Source: a virus. Taken from it: a stretch of 38,963 nucleotides of DNA. The stretch lies in the IMG/VR virus record IMGVR_UViG_3300025528_000014, positions 1 to 38,963 of that record, one strand, 5' to 3'. The position numbers and the translations under genes are program-made. The notes under the pieces were generated by a model, which worked only from the letters and a program-made list of their open reading frames with translations, was not told the origin of the DNA and searched no databases. Within the stretch, counting starts at the first letter, position 1. Each line of letters opens with the position of its first letter. Below are positions 6,613 through 16,335 of the stretch, in pieces.

Positions 6613-7101
6613 ATGAGCAAAAAAGGAGGACGAAAAGGAAAATATCGTGAGTGGCTTACCGAGGAAGGTTTAACCAAATTAGAAGGCTGGGCGCGTGATG
6701 GCTTGACGGACGAACAGATCGCGCACAACATCGGCATAGCGACAGGAACACTCTATGAATGGAAAAACCGTTTCCCTGAAATAGATGAGGCCTTAAAAAA
6801 GGGGAAAGAAGTCGTCGACATTCAGGTCGAAAACGCGCTTTTAAAAAGAGCGCTGGGCTACTCCTACGAGGAAACAAAAGTTATCGTGGAAACGGACGGC
6901 AGAAAACGAGTGGAGCGCGTGCAAAAGCATGTTTTGCCTGACGTGACAGCGCAAATATTTTGGCTCAAAAACAGAAGGCCAGACAAATGGCGTGATAAGC
7001 ATGAGGTTGATTACGGTGATCGTGTACATGGAAATATACAAGACTACATCGCCGCGCTAAATGAAATTTCAAAGGACGTATGGAACGATGAAGCGGAATA
7101 G
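6613..7101 (+). CDS. terS: Terminase small subunit
   Basis: N-terminal HTH (GLTDEQIAHNIGIATGTLYEWKNRFPE). Size and position directly upstream of TerL. Confidence 0.8.
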   Translation: MSKKGGRKGKYREWLTEEGLTKLEGWARDGLTDEQIAHNIGIATGTLYEWKNRFPEIDEALKKGKEVVDIQVENALLKRALGYSYEETKVIVETDGRKRVERVQKHVLPDVTAQIFWLKNRRPDKWRDKHEVDYGDRVHGNIQDYIAALNEISKDVWNDEAE

Positions 7102-8347
7102 GGCTTCAGCGTTTGAATGGCACCCGTTCAGCCGAAAGCAAAAGCAATTGCTCACATGGTGGATGCCGAAAAGTCCGTACCGGGATTATGACATTGTGAT
7201 CAGTGACGGTGCAATCCGTTCCGGGAAGACGGTCGCCGGGATTGACAGCTTCATCACGTGGTCGCTTCACACGTTCCGGGGCCAGAACTTCATCATATCC
7301 GGGAAGTCCATCGGTGCGCTGAAACGGAATGTTCTGCGGCCCACGTTTCAGATGATGGCCGCGAAAGGGATTCCGTACCGCTACAACAGGTCGGAAGGCT
7401 ATATCGAGATCGGGAGTAATACCTATTACACGTTCGGGGCAAATAACGAGGCCAGTCAGGACGTGTTGCAAGGTTTGACGGCGGCGGGCGCATATGCGGA
7501 TGAAGTGGCGTTGTTTCCGCGTTCGTTCGTAGAGCAGATGATCGGTCGTTGCTCTGTCGAGGGATCAAAAATCTTCATGAACTGCAACCCGGCTGGGCCA
7601 TATCACTATATCAAAACGGACTATATCGACAGGGCCGAGGAAAAGAAAATCCTTCGACTTCACTTTACGCTCGACGACAACCTGACGCTTTCGGAGGAAA
7701 TCAAAGAGCGCTATCGCAGGATGTTCACCGGAGTGTTTTACCAACGGAACATTCTCGGCATGTGGGTGATGGCCGAGGGCGTTATCTATGATATGTTTGA
7801 CCGCGAGAAGCACGTCGTTCCGACGCGCCCGCGGCCTTATACGCAGTATTACGTGAGCATGGACTACGGCACCCAAAACCCGACGACGTTCGGGCTGTGG
7901 GGGCTGTTCAACGGTGTCTGGTATAAGGTCAAAGAATACCATTATGACGGCAGGGCGGAGGCCCGGCAGAAGACGGACGAGGAATACTACGAGGATTTGG
8001 TGGAGTTCGTGGGGAATCTGCCGATTCGCTCGTTGATCATTGACCCGTCGGCGGCGTCGTTTATTACGCTGGTGAGAAAAAAAGGCCGGTTCCATGTGCG
8101 AAAGGCCAAAAATGACGTGCTGGAGGGTATTCGGAACGTGGCGACCGCGCTGGCGACAGGCCGGATCAAATATAACGATTGTTGCAAAGAGACGTTCCGC
8201 GAGTTCGCTTCTTATGTCTGGGACCAGAAGGCGCAGGAGAAGCGCGGCGAGGATGCTCCGCTTAAAATGAACGACCACCATATGGATGCCGACCGTTACT
8301 TTGTGAACACGGTCGTGATGCGGGATTCCGCAATATCTTTCGCGTAA
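7088..8347 (+). CDS. terL: Terminase large subunit (PBSX XtmB-like)
   Basis: Walker A-like GAIRSGKT. About 420 aa and follows TerS. The start is either 7061 or 7088. Confidence 0.9.
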   Translation: MKRNRASAFEWHPFSRKQKQLLTWWMPKSPYRDYDIVISDGAIRSGKTVAGIDSFITWSLHTFRGQNFIISGKSIGALKRNVLRPTFQMMAAKGIPYRYNRSEGYIEIGSNTYYTFGANNEASQDVLQGLTAAGAYADEVALFPRSFVEQMIGRCSVEGSKIFMNCNPAGPYHYIKTDYIDRAEEKKILRLHFTLDDNLTLSEEIKERYRRMFTGVFYQRNILGMWVMAEGVIYDMFDREKHVVPTRPRPYTQYYVSMDYGTQNPTTFGLWGLFNGVWYKVKEYHYDGRAEARQKTDEEYYEDLVEFVGNLPIRSLIIDPSAASFITLVRKKGRFHVRKAKNDVLEGIRNVATALATGRIKYNDCCKETFREFASYVWDQKAQEKRGEDAPLKMNDHHMDADRYFVNTVVMRDSAISFA

Positions 8348-8360
8348 AGGCGGTGAGACT

Positions 8361-9842
8361 GTGCCGACGTTGACTGACGAAATCATTGAGATCATCGAAT
8401 CCGGGGCGAGCGGCGCCCTGACGATGGAGCAAATCATCAAGCTCGAAATCGACGAGTGGATGGCATCGAACGAGCGCCTTTTGATGCTGACCGGCCAGCG
8501 ATATTACGAGGGCGATGCGGACATTCTGGGCCGCAAGCGCATGGTCGTGGGCGAGGATGGGGAGCTGATCGAGGCCGAGAATCTTGCGAACAACCGTCTT
8601 GTTCATAACTTCGTGCGGAAATTGGTCGATCAGAAGGTCGGCTATCTGCTCGGGTTGCCGCTGACTGTCCAGACGACGAACGAGGAATACCAGAAGCGGC
8701 TGAACGAGATTTTCAATCGGGCGTTCCTGCGGATGCTCAAGAATCTCGGAAAAGAAGCCATCAACAAGGGAAAGGCGTGGCTTCACGTCTATTACAACGA
8801 GGATGGAGAGCTTAGCTTCAAAAAAATTCCCAGCGAGGAAATCATTCCACTGTGGCGCGACGCGGCGCACACGGAGCTTGACGCTGTTATCCGTGTATAT
8901 GAGGTTGAGACGTTCGACGGCCCGACGAAGAAGATCGTCACGAAGGTCGAGTTTTGGAGCAAGGAAGGCGTTCAGCGGTACGTTCTCGATTCGGGAATTC
9001 TTTACCCGGATGTGGAAGCGGGAGAGTACGCGCCGCATGTCATGCTTGATCGCGGTGACGGAAACGCGGAGGGCTACAACTGGGAGAGGATTCCGTTTAT
9101 CTGCTTTAAGTACAACGACGAAGAACAACCGCTCGTGAAGTTTGTGAAGTCGCTGGTCGATGACTACGACAAGCACACAAGCGATAACAGTAATAACCTT
9201 GAGGACTTGCCGAATAGCACCTATGTGCTTCGCAATTATGACGGAACTAATCTGGGCGAATTCCGTCGTAATCTTGCTATCTACAGGGCCGTGAAGGTGT
9301 CCGACGACGGCGGCGTGGACACGATCAACCTGAATATCAACGTCGAGGCCTCCGAGAAGCATTTGGACCGTCTGCGGAAGGACATCTACGAGTTTGGCCG
9401 GGGTGTGGACACGCAATCGGAGCGGTTCGGAGGCGACCGGTCGGGCGTGGCGCTCAAGTTCCTCTATGCTGATCTCGACATGGACGCCAATATCATCGAG
9501 ACGGAGTTTCAGGCGTCGCTGGAACAACTGCGTTGGTTCATCGACACGCACCTTGCGAATACGACCGGAGCCGATTATTCCGGTGAGCAGGTGGATTTCA
9601 TCTTCAATCGCGACATCATCATTAACGAATCCGATGTGATCAACAATGCGAAGTCCAGTGTCGGCATTATCTCGGACGAGACGATCATCGCAAACCATCC
9701 GTGGGTGACCAATGTTCAGTCCGAGCTGGAGCGCATTGAGGCCCAGCGCCAGCGTGATATGAACGCCTTCGAGAATTATCAAGGCTTCAGTGAACAGGGG
9801 CAGGCGCAAGAAGACGGCGCGCAGGCGGGCGAAACTGAATGA
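8361..9842 (+). CDS. Portal protein (SPP1 gp6-like)
   Basis: 493 aa, directly after TerL. GTG start with a GGCGGTGAG RBS. Acidic C-terminus. Confidence 0.85.
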   Translation: MPTLTDEIIEIIESGASGALTMEQIIKLEIDEWMASNERLLMLTGQRYYEGDADILGRKRMVVGEDGELIEAENLANNRLVHNFVRKLVDQKVGYLLGLPLTVQTTNEEYQKRLNEIFNRAFLRMLKNLGKEAINKGKAWLHVYYNEDGELSFKKIPSEEIIPLWRDAAHTELDAVIRVYEVETFDGPTKKIVTKVEFWSKEGVQRYVLDSGILYPDVEAGEYAPHVMLDRGDGNAEGYNWERIPFICFKYNDEEQPLVKFVKSLVDDYDKHTSDNSNNLEDLPNSTYVLRNYDGTNLGEFRRNLAIYRAVKVSDDGGVDTINLNINVEASEKHLDRLRKDIYEFGRGVDTQSERFGGDRSGVALKFLYADLDMDANIIETEFQASLEQLRWFIDTHLANTTGADYSGEQVDFIFNRDIIINESDVINNAKSSVGIISDETIIANHPWVTNVQSELERIEAQRQRDMNAFENYQGFSEQGQAQEDGAQAGETE

Positions 9843-10873
9843 CACCGGACCGTGAGTACTGGCGCCGCCGAAGCGAGCAAGTCGCTCTGATGCAGTATGA
9901 AAAGGCCGACCGGTATGCCGAGCGCCTTCTGAAAGAGTATCAGAGGGCGATCCGAAGGATCGAGCGCGACATCGAAGCCTTTTACGCCCGGTACGCGGTC
10001 GAGAATCAGGTCACGATGGATGAAGCACGCCGTCTGCTGACAGCCGGGGAACTGCGCGAGTTCCGCATGACGCTGGAGGAATTTATCGAGAAGGCCAAAA
10101 ACAACGTTGATGGCCGCTGGACGCGCCAACTGAACGCGGCGTCGTATAAAGCCCGCATTAGCCGTCTGGAGGCGCTTTTGATCCAGATAAGGCAAGAGGT
10201 TGAGGTTCTGCTTGGAAACGCCCACGCGGGCACGCAGGAGCTTCTGGCTGGTATCTACGAGGACACCTACTATCGAACCGTGTATGAGGTTCAGCGGGGG
10301 CTCGGGATCGGCGTTTCGTTTGCCCCGCTTGATAGATCGACCATCGAGAAGGCGATCATGACGCCGTGGCTTGGCGAGAACTATTCCGAACGTATATGGG
10401 CCAACCGGGATAAGCTGGTGCGTGAATTGCAGACAAAGCTGACGCAGGCGTTCATCCGGGGCGAGGGCGTGGCGCAGACGGCAAAAGACTTGGCCGAGCG
10501 GATGCAGGTGTCGTACTCTAGCGCCGAGCGGATTGTCCGAACCGAGAGCAGTTTTGTCACCCATCAGGCGACATGGGATGGCTACAAGGCGAGCGGTGTA
10601 GTTGAGCAATACGAGTATCTGGCTACACTGGACAGCCGAACGAGTGAGATTTGCCGTGCGATGGATGGCAAGGTGTTTCGGTTGAGCGAGAAGGAAGTCG
10701 GCGTAAACTATCCGCCGCTTCATCCGAATTGCAGATCGACTGTGGTTCCGTATTTTGATGATGAGGATGATCCGGGTGAGCGCATCGCCCGTGACGCTGA
10801 CGGGGATGTGTACTATGTTCCGGGTAACATGACGTATCGGGAATGGCTCGAGCGCTATGTGGAGGGTCGATGA
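9839..10873 (+). CDS. Minor head / head morphogenesis protein (SPP1 gp7, Mu F-like)
   Basis: Follows the portal gene. TLDSRTSEICRAMDGKVF...PPLHPNCRSTVVPY is the family signature. Confidence 0.85.
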   Translation: MTPDREYWRRRSEQVALMQYEKADRYAERLLKEYQRAIRRIERDIEAFYARYAVENQVTMDEARRLLTAGELREFRMTLEEFIEKAKNNVDGRWTRQLNAASYKARISRLEALLIQIRQEVEVLLGNAHAGTQELLAGIYEDTYYRTVYEVQRGLGIGVSFAPLDRSTIEKAIMTPWLGENYSERIWANRDKLVRELQTKLTQAFIRGEGVAQTAKDLAERMQVSYSSAERIVRTESSFVTHQATWDGYKASGVVEQYEYLATLDSRTSEICRAMDGKVFRLSEKEVGVNYPPLHPNCRSTVVPYFDDEDDPGERIARDADGDVYYVPGNMTYREWLERYVEGR

Positions 10874-10876
10874 ATC

Positions 10877-11041
10877 ATGCCGATCATGCGTTGTCAGAAA
10901 AACGGGAAACCCGGCTTCAAGTGGGGCGAGCGTGGAACGTGCTACACGTACACGCCGGGGGATAGGGCGGGCAGAGAGCGGGCGCGGGAAAAGGCGCTGG
11001 CTCAAGGCCGGGCAATCGAAGCGAGCAAGCGGGCCAAATAG
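10877..11041 (+). CDS. Small conserved phage protein (54 aa, absent from the ORF track)
   Basis: Hand-translated as MPIMRCQKNGKPGFKWGERGTCYTYTPGDRAGRERAREKALAQGRAIEASKRAK. A KNGKPG(F/Y)KWGE..G.CYTY motif is commonly found after gp7-like genes. Confidence 0.6.
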   Translation: MPIMRCQKNGKPGFKWGERGTCYTYTPGDRAGRERAREKALAQGRAIEASKRAK

Positions 11042-11148
11042 GCCTGTTTGTTATTTCCGCCGCTTTGGTATTTCAGGCGTAAAACGAAAGACGCTACCGG
11101 ACGCGACCGGGTAAAAAGCGCAAGCGAACGAACGGGAGGATGATTTTC

Positions 11149-11796
11149 ATGGACTGGCTCAAGCAACTGCTGGAGCAACACGGAGTTGCCGGGGAGGTGG
11201 TGCAGAACGTTGTGGCCGCCGCCGAGGAAAAGCTCAAGGACTTCGTTCCGAAACACCGTTTCGATGAAGTGAACGAAGCGAAGAAGCAACTGGCCGAACA
11301 GCTTGCGGAGCGTGACAATCAGCTTTCGCAACTGAAAAAGGCGGCAGGGGACAACGAGGAACTGCGGAAGCAGATCGAAGTGCTCCAGAACGAGAACAAG
11401 GAGCGCGAGAAGGAGTATCAGGGGCGCCTGCGGGATATGGCGATCACGACAGCGATCAAGCTGGCCGTGGCTGGCGAGGCGCACGATCCCGATTTGGTGG
11501 CGAGCCTGATCGACAAGGGCAAGATCGAAGTAGACGAACAAGGCAACATCAAGGGCGGTCTGGATGACCAGATCAACAGCCTGCGCGAGTCGAAGGCGTT
11601 CTTGTTCGTTCCGAAGCAGGCCGACCAGCAGGCGGCGAAGTTTAAGGGGATGAATCCTGCCGAGGGGCGTGAACCGTCGAAGGGCGGGATCAAAAACCCG
11701 TGGAGCAAGGAGCATTTCAACTTGACTGAACAAGGCCGGATTCTGCGGGAAAACCCGGAACTGGCCGAACAACTGAAAGCACAAGCAGGAGGTTGA
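11149..11796 (+). CDS. Scaffolding protein
   Basis: GGGAGG lies 9 nt upstream. Coiled-coil sequence rich in E, K and Q, directly upstream of the capsid gene. Confidence 0.75.
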   Translation: MDWLKQLLEQHGVAGEVVQNVVAAAEEKLKDFVPKHRFDEVNEAKKQLAEQLAERDNQLSQLKKAAGDNEELRKQIEVLQNENKEREKEYQGRLRDMAITTAIKLAVAGEAHDPDLVASLIDKGKIEVDEQGNIKGGLDDQINSLRESKAFLFVPKQADQQAAKFKGMNPAEGREPSKGGIKNPWSKEHFNLTEQGRILRENPELAEQLKAQAGG

Positions 11797-11802
11797 TTTT
11801 AA

Positions 11803-12771
11803 ATGTCCACGAAGATTGCAGACGTTATCGTCCCTGAGGTGTTTACGCCCTATGTGATTCAGCGCACGATGGAACTGTCGGCACTGTTCCAATCAGGCAT
11901 CGCTCAACGGACTTCTGAGTTCGACCGGCTGGCAAGCTCGGCGGCGCGTACCGTTCAAATGCCGTTCTGGGGCGATCTGTCGGGCGACGATGAAGTGCTG
12001 GACGATAGCACCGCTCTGACGCCGGGCAAGATTCAGGCGAGCAAGGATGAAGCCGTGATTCTGCGCCGGGGCCGCGCGTGGGGCGCGAATGATCTTGCCG
12101 CCAACCTTGCCGGTGATGATCCGATGCGGGCTATTGGCGATTTGGTCGCATCGTACTGGGCACGCCGGTATCAGGCCGCGCTGATCGCAACACTCGAAGG
12201 CGTGTTCGACGCCGCGAACATGACGACGAACGTCCATGATATTTCTGGCGAAACTGGGGATGACGCCATTATCAGCGCGAAGACGGCTGTGGATGCCGCT
12301 CAGAAGCTGGGCGATGCAAAGGCTCAACTGACGGCCATCATCATGCACAGCGCAACCGAGGCGACGCTCAAAAAACAAGACTTGATCGAGTATCTGCCTG
12401 CATCTACCAATGGCACGATGCAGATTCCGACGTTCCTCGGCAAGCAGGTTATCGTTGATGATGGTGTTCCGGTCGATACGACTAACGGCATCTATACGAC
12501 ATACCTGTTCGGTCCGGGTGCCGTGGCTTATGGCGAAGGCAACCCGGTCGGTTTCGTTCCGACGGAAACGGATCGCGATTCGCTGGCTGGCGAGGACTAT
12601 CTGATCAACCGCCGGACGTTCATCCTGCATCCGCGCGGGGTGCGCTTTACGTCGCAAAGCGTGTCCGGTGTATCGCCGGATAACACGGAACTGGCGGACG
12701 GCGACAACTGGACGCGGGTGTTCGAGCCGAAGGCGATCCGCATCGTCAAGTTCGTCCACAAGATCGCGTGA
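11803..12771 (+). CDS. Major capsid protein (HK97-fold type)
   Basis: 322 aa, located after the scaffold gene, with an AGGAGG RBS. The N-terminus (ADVIVPEVFTPYV) is typical of this capsid family. Confidence 0.85.
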   Translation: MSTKIADVIVPEVFTPYVIQRTMELSALFQSGIAQRTSEFDRLASSAARTVQMPFWGDLSGDDEVLDDSTALTPGKIQASKDEAVILRRGRAWGANDLAANLAGDDPMRAIGDLVASYWARRYQAALIATLEGVFDAANMTTNVHDISGETGDDAIISAKTAVDAAQKLGDAKAQLTAIIMHSATEATLKKQDLIEYLPASTNGTMQIPTFLGKQVIVDDGVPVDTTNGIYTTYLFGPGAVAYGEGNPVGFVPTETDRDSLAGEDYLINRRTFILHPRGVRFTSQSVSGVSPDNTELADGDNWTRVFEPKAIRIVKFVHKIA

Positions 12772-12782
12772 GGGTGGCGGCT

Positions 12783-13010
12783 ATGAGTGTTACCGCTTTT
12801 AACCGCCGCAGGCGCTTGCTTGCGGCGGCTTCCCAACAAGCCGATGTGAAGGTGATTGAGATCGCCAGCGGCCACGAATACGCCCAAAATGTCGAGCAGA
12901 CGGGCCGCGAACAGCCGGGAGACGCCCAGCAGGTCGAGAAAGGTGGGCGGAAGCATGGACGAACGTCTCGAAAAACTCAAAATGCTTCTGGGGATCGAGG
13001 GAACGAATGA
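12783..13010 (+). CDS. Possible small protein (doubtful)
   Basis: ATG follows GAGGGTGG. The ORF would overlap the next gene by 56 nt, and its C-terminal half is low complexity. Confidence 0.25.
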   Translation: MSVTAFNRRRRLLAAASQQADVKVIEIASGHEYAQNVEQTGREQPGDAQQVEKGGRKHGRTSRKTQNASGDRGNE

Positions 13011-13263
13011 TGATGAACTGCTGACGTTCATTCTCGAATCCACCGAGCAGAAAATCCTGAACTACTGCAATATCAAGTCTTTGCCTGCCGAACTGGAAAA
13101 CGTGCTTGTCGAAATGGCCGCCGACTTCTACGATACGTCCGATGGGGTGCCGTCCAGTTTGCAGGTCGGGGATACGTCCGTGTCGTACCGGAAGGACGAG
13201 GACAGTATCATCCGGGAGTATAAGGCTCAACTGCATCGGTTCCGGCGGGTGGCGTGGTCATGA
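12955..13263 (+). CDS. Head-tail connector (gp6-like DNA-packaging / connector protein)
   Basis: MDERLEKLKMLLGIEGTNDDELLTFILESTEQKILNYCNI is the typical N-terminus of this family. Confidence 0.75.
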   Translation: MDERLEKLKMLLGIEGTNDDELLTFILESTEQKILNYCNIKSLPAELENVLVEMAADFYDTSDGVPSSLQVGDTSVSYRKDEDSIIREYKAQLHRFRRVAWS

Positions 13264-13625
13264 GGCTGGCATACGAATCGCACCGGCGGAAGATCGAACG
13301 GCTGTATGAGGACCGGGCTTCGATCAGTCGTTACGGAGAGTACACCGATCCGCATACGACCGAAACGAAGCTCGGTCTTGTTCTTGTTTACGAGAACGTT
13401 CCTTGCCGCTTGTCTCGTCTGGGGATGGGGACGAACCGGCAGACCGAGACGGTCAACGAGATCGCCTATGAGACGAAACTGTTCATCAGCCCGGACTATG
13501 AGATCAAGCAAGGCGACGTGATCGAGGTTACGCGGGGAACTGTCAAGCGCGTTTACAAGGCTGGTGAGCCTGTCGTTTACTTGACGCATCAGGAAATCAG
13601 CCTCCAGAGGGGGGCGAATGCATAA
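13260..13625 (+). CDS. Head closure / head-tail adaptor protein
   Basis: ATGA coupling to the upstream gene. Size and position match YqbH/XkdH-type proteins. Confidence 0.6.
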   Translation: MRLAYESHRRKIERLYEDRASISRYGEYTDPHTTETKLGLVLVYENVPCRLSRLGMGTNRQTETVNEIAYETKLFISPDYEIKQGDVIEVTRGTVKRVYKAGEPVVYLTHQEISLQRGANA

Positions 13626-13873
13626 TGGCGCAAATTATCCACTTCCGAACGCCTCATGATGACGTGGTTGAGTTGCTGGAAACCATTCTCCAGCAGGCGA
13701 AGAACGGGGAAATCGAGGGGTTCGTGATTGCCGCGCAAATGAAGAACGGCGAGATCGCTTCTGGCTGGGCTGGTCTGGACATCGGGGCGAGGCAAAACCT
13801 TGTTTCCCACTTGCAAATCGACCTGATGTACCACGTCGTCAAGGTGAATATGGATCAGCTTCTGGGGTTCTGA
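13625..13873 (+). CDS. Hypothetical protein inserted in the connector module
   Basis: 82-aa ORF, tightly coupled on both sides. No motif recognised. Confidence 0.5.
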   Translation: MAQIIHFRTPHDDVVELLETILQQAKNGEIEGFVIAAQMKNGEIASGWAGLDIGARQNLVSHLQIDLMYHVVKVNMDQLLGF

Positions 13874-13874
13874 C

Positions 13875-14375
13875 ATGGCGAAGTGGGCGAATTTTGACTT
13901 CTCCGAACTTCGGAGGCTGGCCGGGGCGTTCAACAAGGCGCTGGATGATCGCGTCATCGAGCGGTTTATGCGCGACTTCCTGCTGGAAATGGCGTTTCGT
14001 GCCGAGCGGAAGATCAAGAAGCGGACACCGGTGAATACCGGTCATCTGCGACGAAACTGGAAGGTCGGCAGAGTTGAACGCCACGGTAATGCGCTCGTGG
14101 TGGAGATTTACAACCCGGTTGATTATGCCAGCTTCGTCGAATACGGCTTTCGTTCCCACTGGGTGCCCGGCTACTGGAAAGGCAAGTCGTTCGTGTATGA
14201 TCCGAACGCTCAAACCGGGATGTATGTCGGCCCGAAGGACGGCTGGGTGCCCGGTCGGTTCATGGCGACCATATCCATGCAGGAAATCGAACGGGAACTG
14301 CCGCGCTATCTGGAGCGCCGGGTCATGGAGCTATTGGACGGTATTATGAATGGCAGGCCGCCGAGGAAGGGGTGA
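13875..14375 (+). CDS. HK97 gp10-family tail-joining protein
   Basis: KKRTPVNTGHLRRNWKV is the family signature (TPVDTGxLRxSW). Confidence 0.8.
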   Translation: MAKWANFDFSELRRLAGAFNKALDDRVIERFMRDFLLEMAFRAERKIKKRTPVNTGHLRRNWKVGRVERHGNALVVEIYNPVDYASFVEYGFRSHWVPGYWKGKSFVYDPNAQTGMYVGPKDGWVPGRFMATISMQEIERELPRYLERRVMELLDGIMNGRPPRKG

Positions 14376-14379
14376 GGCG

Positions 14380-14808
14380 ATGCCGGTTGTCGAGATGAAT
14401 GATATTCGCACCGCTGTCATGCGGCGGCTGGCCGCCAGCTTCCCTGACGTAAAGCGGTACGGCGAAGAAATCCGGCAGGGATTCGAGGAACCTTGCTTTT
14501 TCGTTAAGCTGTTGAACGCTTCGCAGATGCAGGAACTGAACACCCGGTACAGGCGGACGCATAGCTTCGACATCCACTACTTCCCGCAGGACAATTCCAA
14601 CGAGGAAGCGCATGACATGGCTGAAAAGCTGTACGATGTGTTGGAGTTGATCGAGTACGACGGGGTGCAGTATCAGGGCACCGGAATGAACCACGAGATC
14701 GTGGACGGGGTGCTTCACTTTTTCGTGGATTATGCGTTCCGCGTCCGGCGCGTGGTTCCCGAACCGCCGAAAATGGAGTCGATGGAACAGGAGGGACGAC
14801 TCAAATGA
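14380..14808 (+). CDS. Tail terminator / tail completion protein (XkdJ/YqbJ-like)
   Basis: Position immediately upstream of the sheath module, and size. ATG follows GGGGTGAGG. Confidence 0.55.
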   Translation: MPVVEMNDIRTAVMRRLAASFPDVKRYGEEIRQGFEEPCFFVKLLNASQMQELNTRYRRTHSFDIHYFPQDNSNEEAHDMAEKLYDVLELIEYDGVQYQGTGMNHEIVDGVLHFFVDYAFRVRRVVPEPPKMESMEQEGRLK

Positions 14809-14993
14809 GCAAGAAGGAGCAGGAAAAGAAAGCGGGAGCGGTCACGTTCCCGAAACGGCAGTTCCTGAAAGCCGCTAATTTCACGCGGGTCGAGCGCGAT
14901 GTGCTGGCCGCCATTCTGGAGGACGGCAAGCAGTACACGCTCGATGAGGTTCAGAAACTGCTGAAAGACTTCAAGGCAAGGAGGGTTCAGTAA
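14805..14993 (+). CDS. Small hypothetical protein
   Basis: 62-aa ORF, coupled to the upstream gene, just before the sheath gene. Confidence 0.5.
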   Translation: MSKKEQEKKAGAVTFPKRQFLKAANFTRVERDVLAAILEDGKQYTLDEVQKLLKDFKARRVQ

Positions 14994-14995
14994 CT

Positions 14996-16321
14996 ATGGC
15001 AGGCGGAACGTGGGTTGCTCAAAACAAGGTTCGGCCCGGCCTGTACGTCAACTTTCGGAGTGAGGCGCAGGCTGTCGGCACGCTCGGAGACCGAGGCATC
15101 GTGACGCTCCCGGCTGTGCTTTCGTGGGGGCCGAGCAAGGAAGTCGTGACGATTGAGGCCGGACAGAACGTGACGGATATTCTCGGCTATGACATTACGG
15201 CGCCGCAACTGGTACTGGTGCGCGAAGCGCTGAAACGCGCCCGAACGCTTCTGCTTTACCGGCTGAATACAGGCACACAGGCGTCCGCGACCATTGGAAC
15301 GAGTGATCCGGTCACGGTCACGGCGAAATACGGTGGCGTCCGGGGAAACGACATAACGGTGGCTGTGCAGGCGAATGTTGATGATCCCGAGCTGTTCGAT
15401 GTCATCACGTATGTGGACGGTCGCGAAGTAGACGTGCAGACGGTTGCGAGCCGCGCCGAACTGCAAGACAATGCGTGGGTGACGTTCGGTACGTCCGGCA
15501 CGTTGGAGGCGACCGCCGGGGTGAATCTGACCGGCGGCACGGATGGCACCGTGACGAACGCCGAATATACGGACTATCTGGCCGCCATCGAACTGTTTGA
15601 CTTCAACACGCTGGCCGCTCCGGTTAGTGATGCGACACTGAAAGGCGTGTTCGTCTCGTTTGCGCGGCGCCTGCGTGAGGACGAGGGCAAGAAGATTCAG
15701 GTCGTTCTGCCGGACTACGCGACCGCTGACTACGAAGGCGTTATCAGCGTCAAAAACGGCGTAGTGCTGTCCGATGGCACGGCGCTGAATAATGTGCAGG
15801 CTACTGCATGGGTGGCCGGTGCAACGGCGGGCGCGAACGTCAACCAATCGCTGACGTATGCGGCCTACGACGGTGCTGTGGATGTGGACACGCGCTATAC
15901 GCATACCCAGATCGTGCAGGCGCTCCAGAACGGTGAGTTCCTGTTCGTGCCTTCGGATGGCCGGGCCATCGTCGAGCAGGACATCAATACGTTCACGAGC
16001 TTTACGCCCGAGAAGCGATCTCACTTCTCGAAGAACAGGGTCATCCGGGTGCTGGACGCCATCGGAAATGATCTTAAGCGCATCTTCGAGCAGTTCTACG
16101 CCGGGAAGGTTGACAACAACGTTGACGGGCGGAACCTGTTCAAGAACGAAATCGTGAACTATCTGACCGCTCTGGAAAATATCGGCGCGATTCAGAACTT
16201 CGATTCGCAGGCCGATGTGACTGTGGTGCAGGGCACCGATGTGGATAGCGTGTATGTCGAGCTGTACGTCCAGCCTGTGGACGCAATCGAGAAGGTCTAC
16301 ATGCAGGTTATCGTTCGCTAA
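14996..16321 (+). CDS. Contractile tail sheath protein (XkdK-like)
   Basis: 441 aa. The N-terminus MAGGTWVAQNKVRPGLYVNF is typical of sheath proteins. It is followed by an XkdM-like tube gene. Confidence 0.9.
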   Translation: MAGGTWVAQNKVRPGLYVNFRSEAQAVGTLGDRGIVTLPAVLSWGPSKEVVTIEAGQNVTDILGYDITAPQLVLVREALKRARTLLLYRLNTGTQASATIGTSDPVTVTAKYGGVRGNDITVAVQANVDDPELFDVITYVDGREVDVQTVASRAELQDNAWVTFGTSGTLEATAGVNLTGGTDGTVTNAEYTDYLAAIELFDFNTLAAPVSDATLKGVFVSFARRLREDEGKKIQVVLPDYATADYEGVISVKNGVVLSDGTALNNVQATAWVAGATAGANVNQSLTYAAYDGAVDVDTRYTHTQIVQALQNGEFLFVPSDGRAIVEQDINTFTSFTPEKRSHFSKNRVIRVLDAIGNDLKRIFEQFYAGKVDNNVDGRNLFKNEIVNYLTALENIGAIQNFDSQADVTVVQGTDVDSVYVELYVQPVDAIEKVYMQVIVR

Positions 16322-16335
16322 AGGAGGGGTAATAT

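Noticed and set aside
4312-9639. Internal alternative-frame plus-strand ORFs: 4312..4506, 4872..5156, 7549..7791, 8803..9138 and 9394..9639.
   Set aside because: They are embedded out of frame within well-supported genes, have Arg/Ser-rich composition and lack an RBS.
10857-11114. The 85-aa ORF in the track (MWRVDESCRS...).
   Set aside because: It has no RBS and a low-complexity Arg/Gly/Ser-rich translation. The alternative frame at 10877..11041 encodes a recognisable small conserved phage protein.
7565-12759. Long minus-strand ORFs of up to 527 aa: 7565..8440, 8262..9845, 9779..11005, 11002..11892 and 11893..12759. Similar ones occur at 14987..16024, 18862..19788, 29724..30686, 30714..31697 and 31735..32661.
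   Set aside because: Each lies antisense to a plus-strand gene with a clear family signature (terminase, portal, gp7-like, capsid, sheath, tape measure, ATPase, RecT). Their translations are Arg-, Leu-, Pro- and His-rich low-complexity sequence with no RBS. This is typical of shadow ORFs in GC-rich coding DNA.
12856-12954. The N-terminal extension of the head-tail connector ORF (MRSPAATNTPKMSSRRAANSRETPSRSRKVGGS).
   Set aside because: The extension is low complexity and has no RBS. The family-typical N-terminus begins at Met 12955 (MDERLEKLKMLLG).
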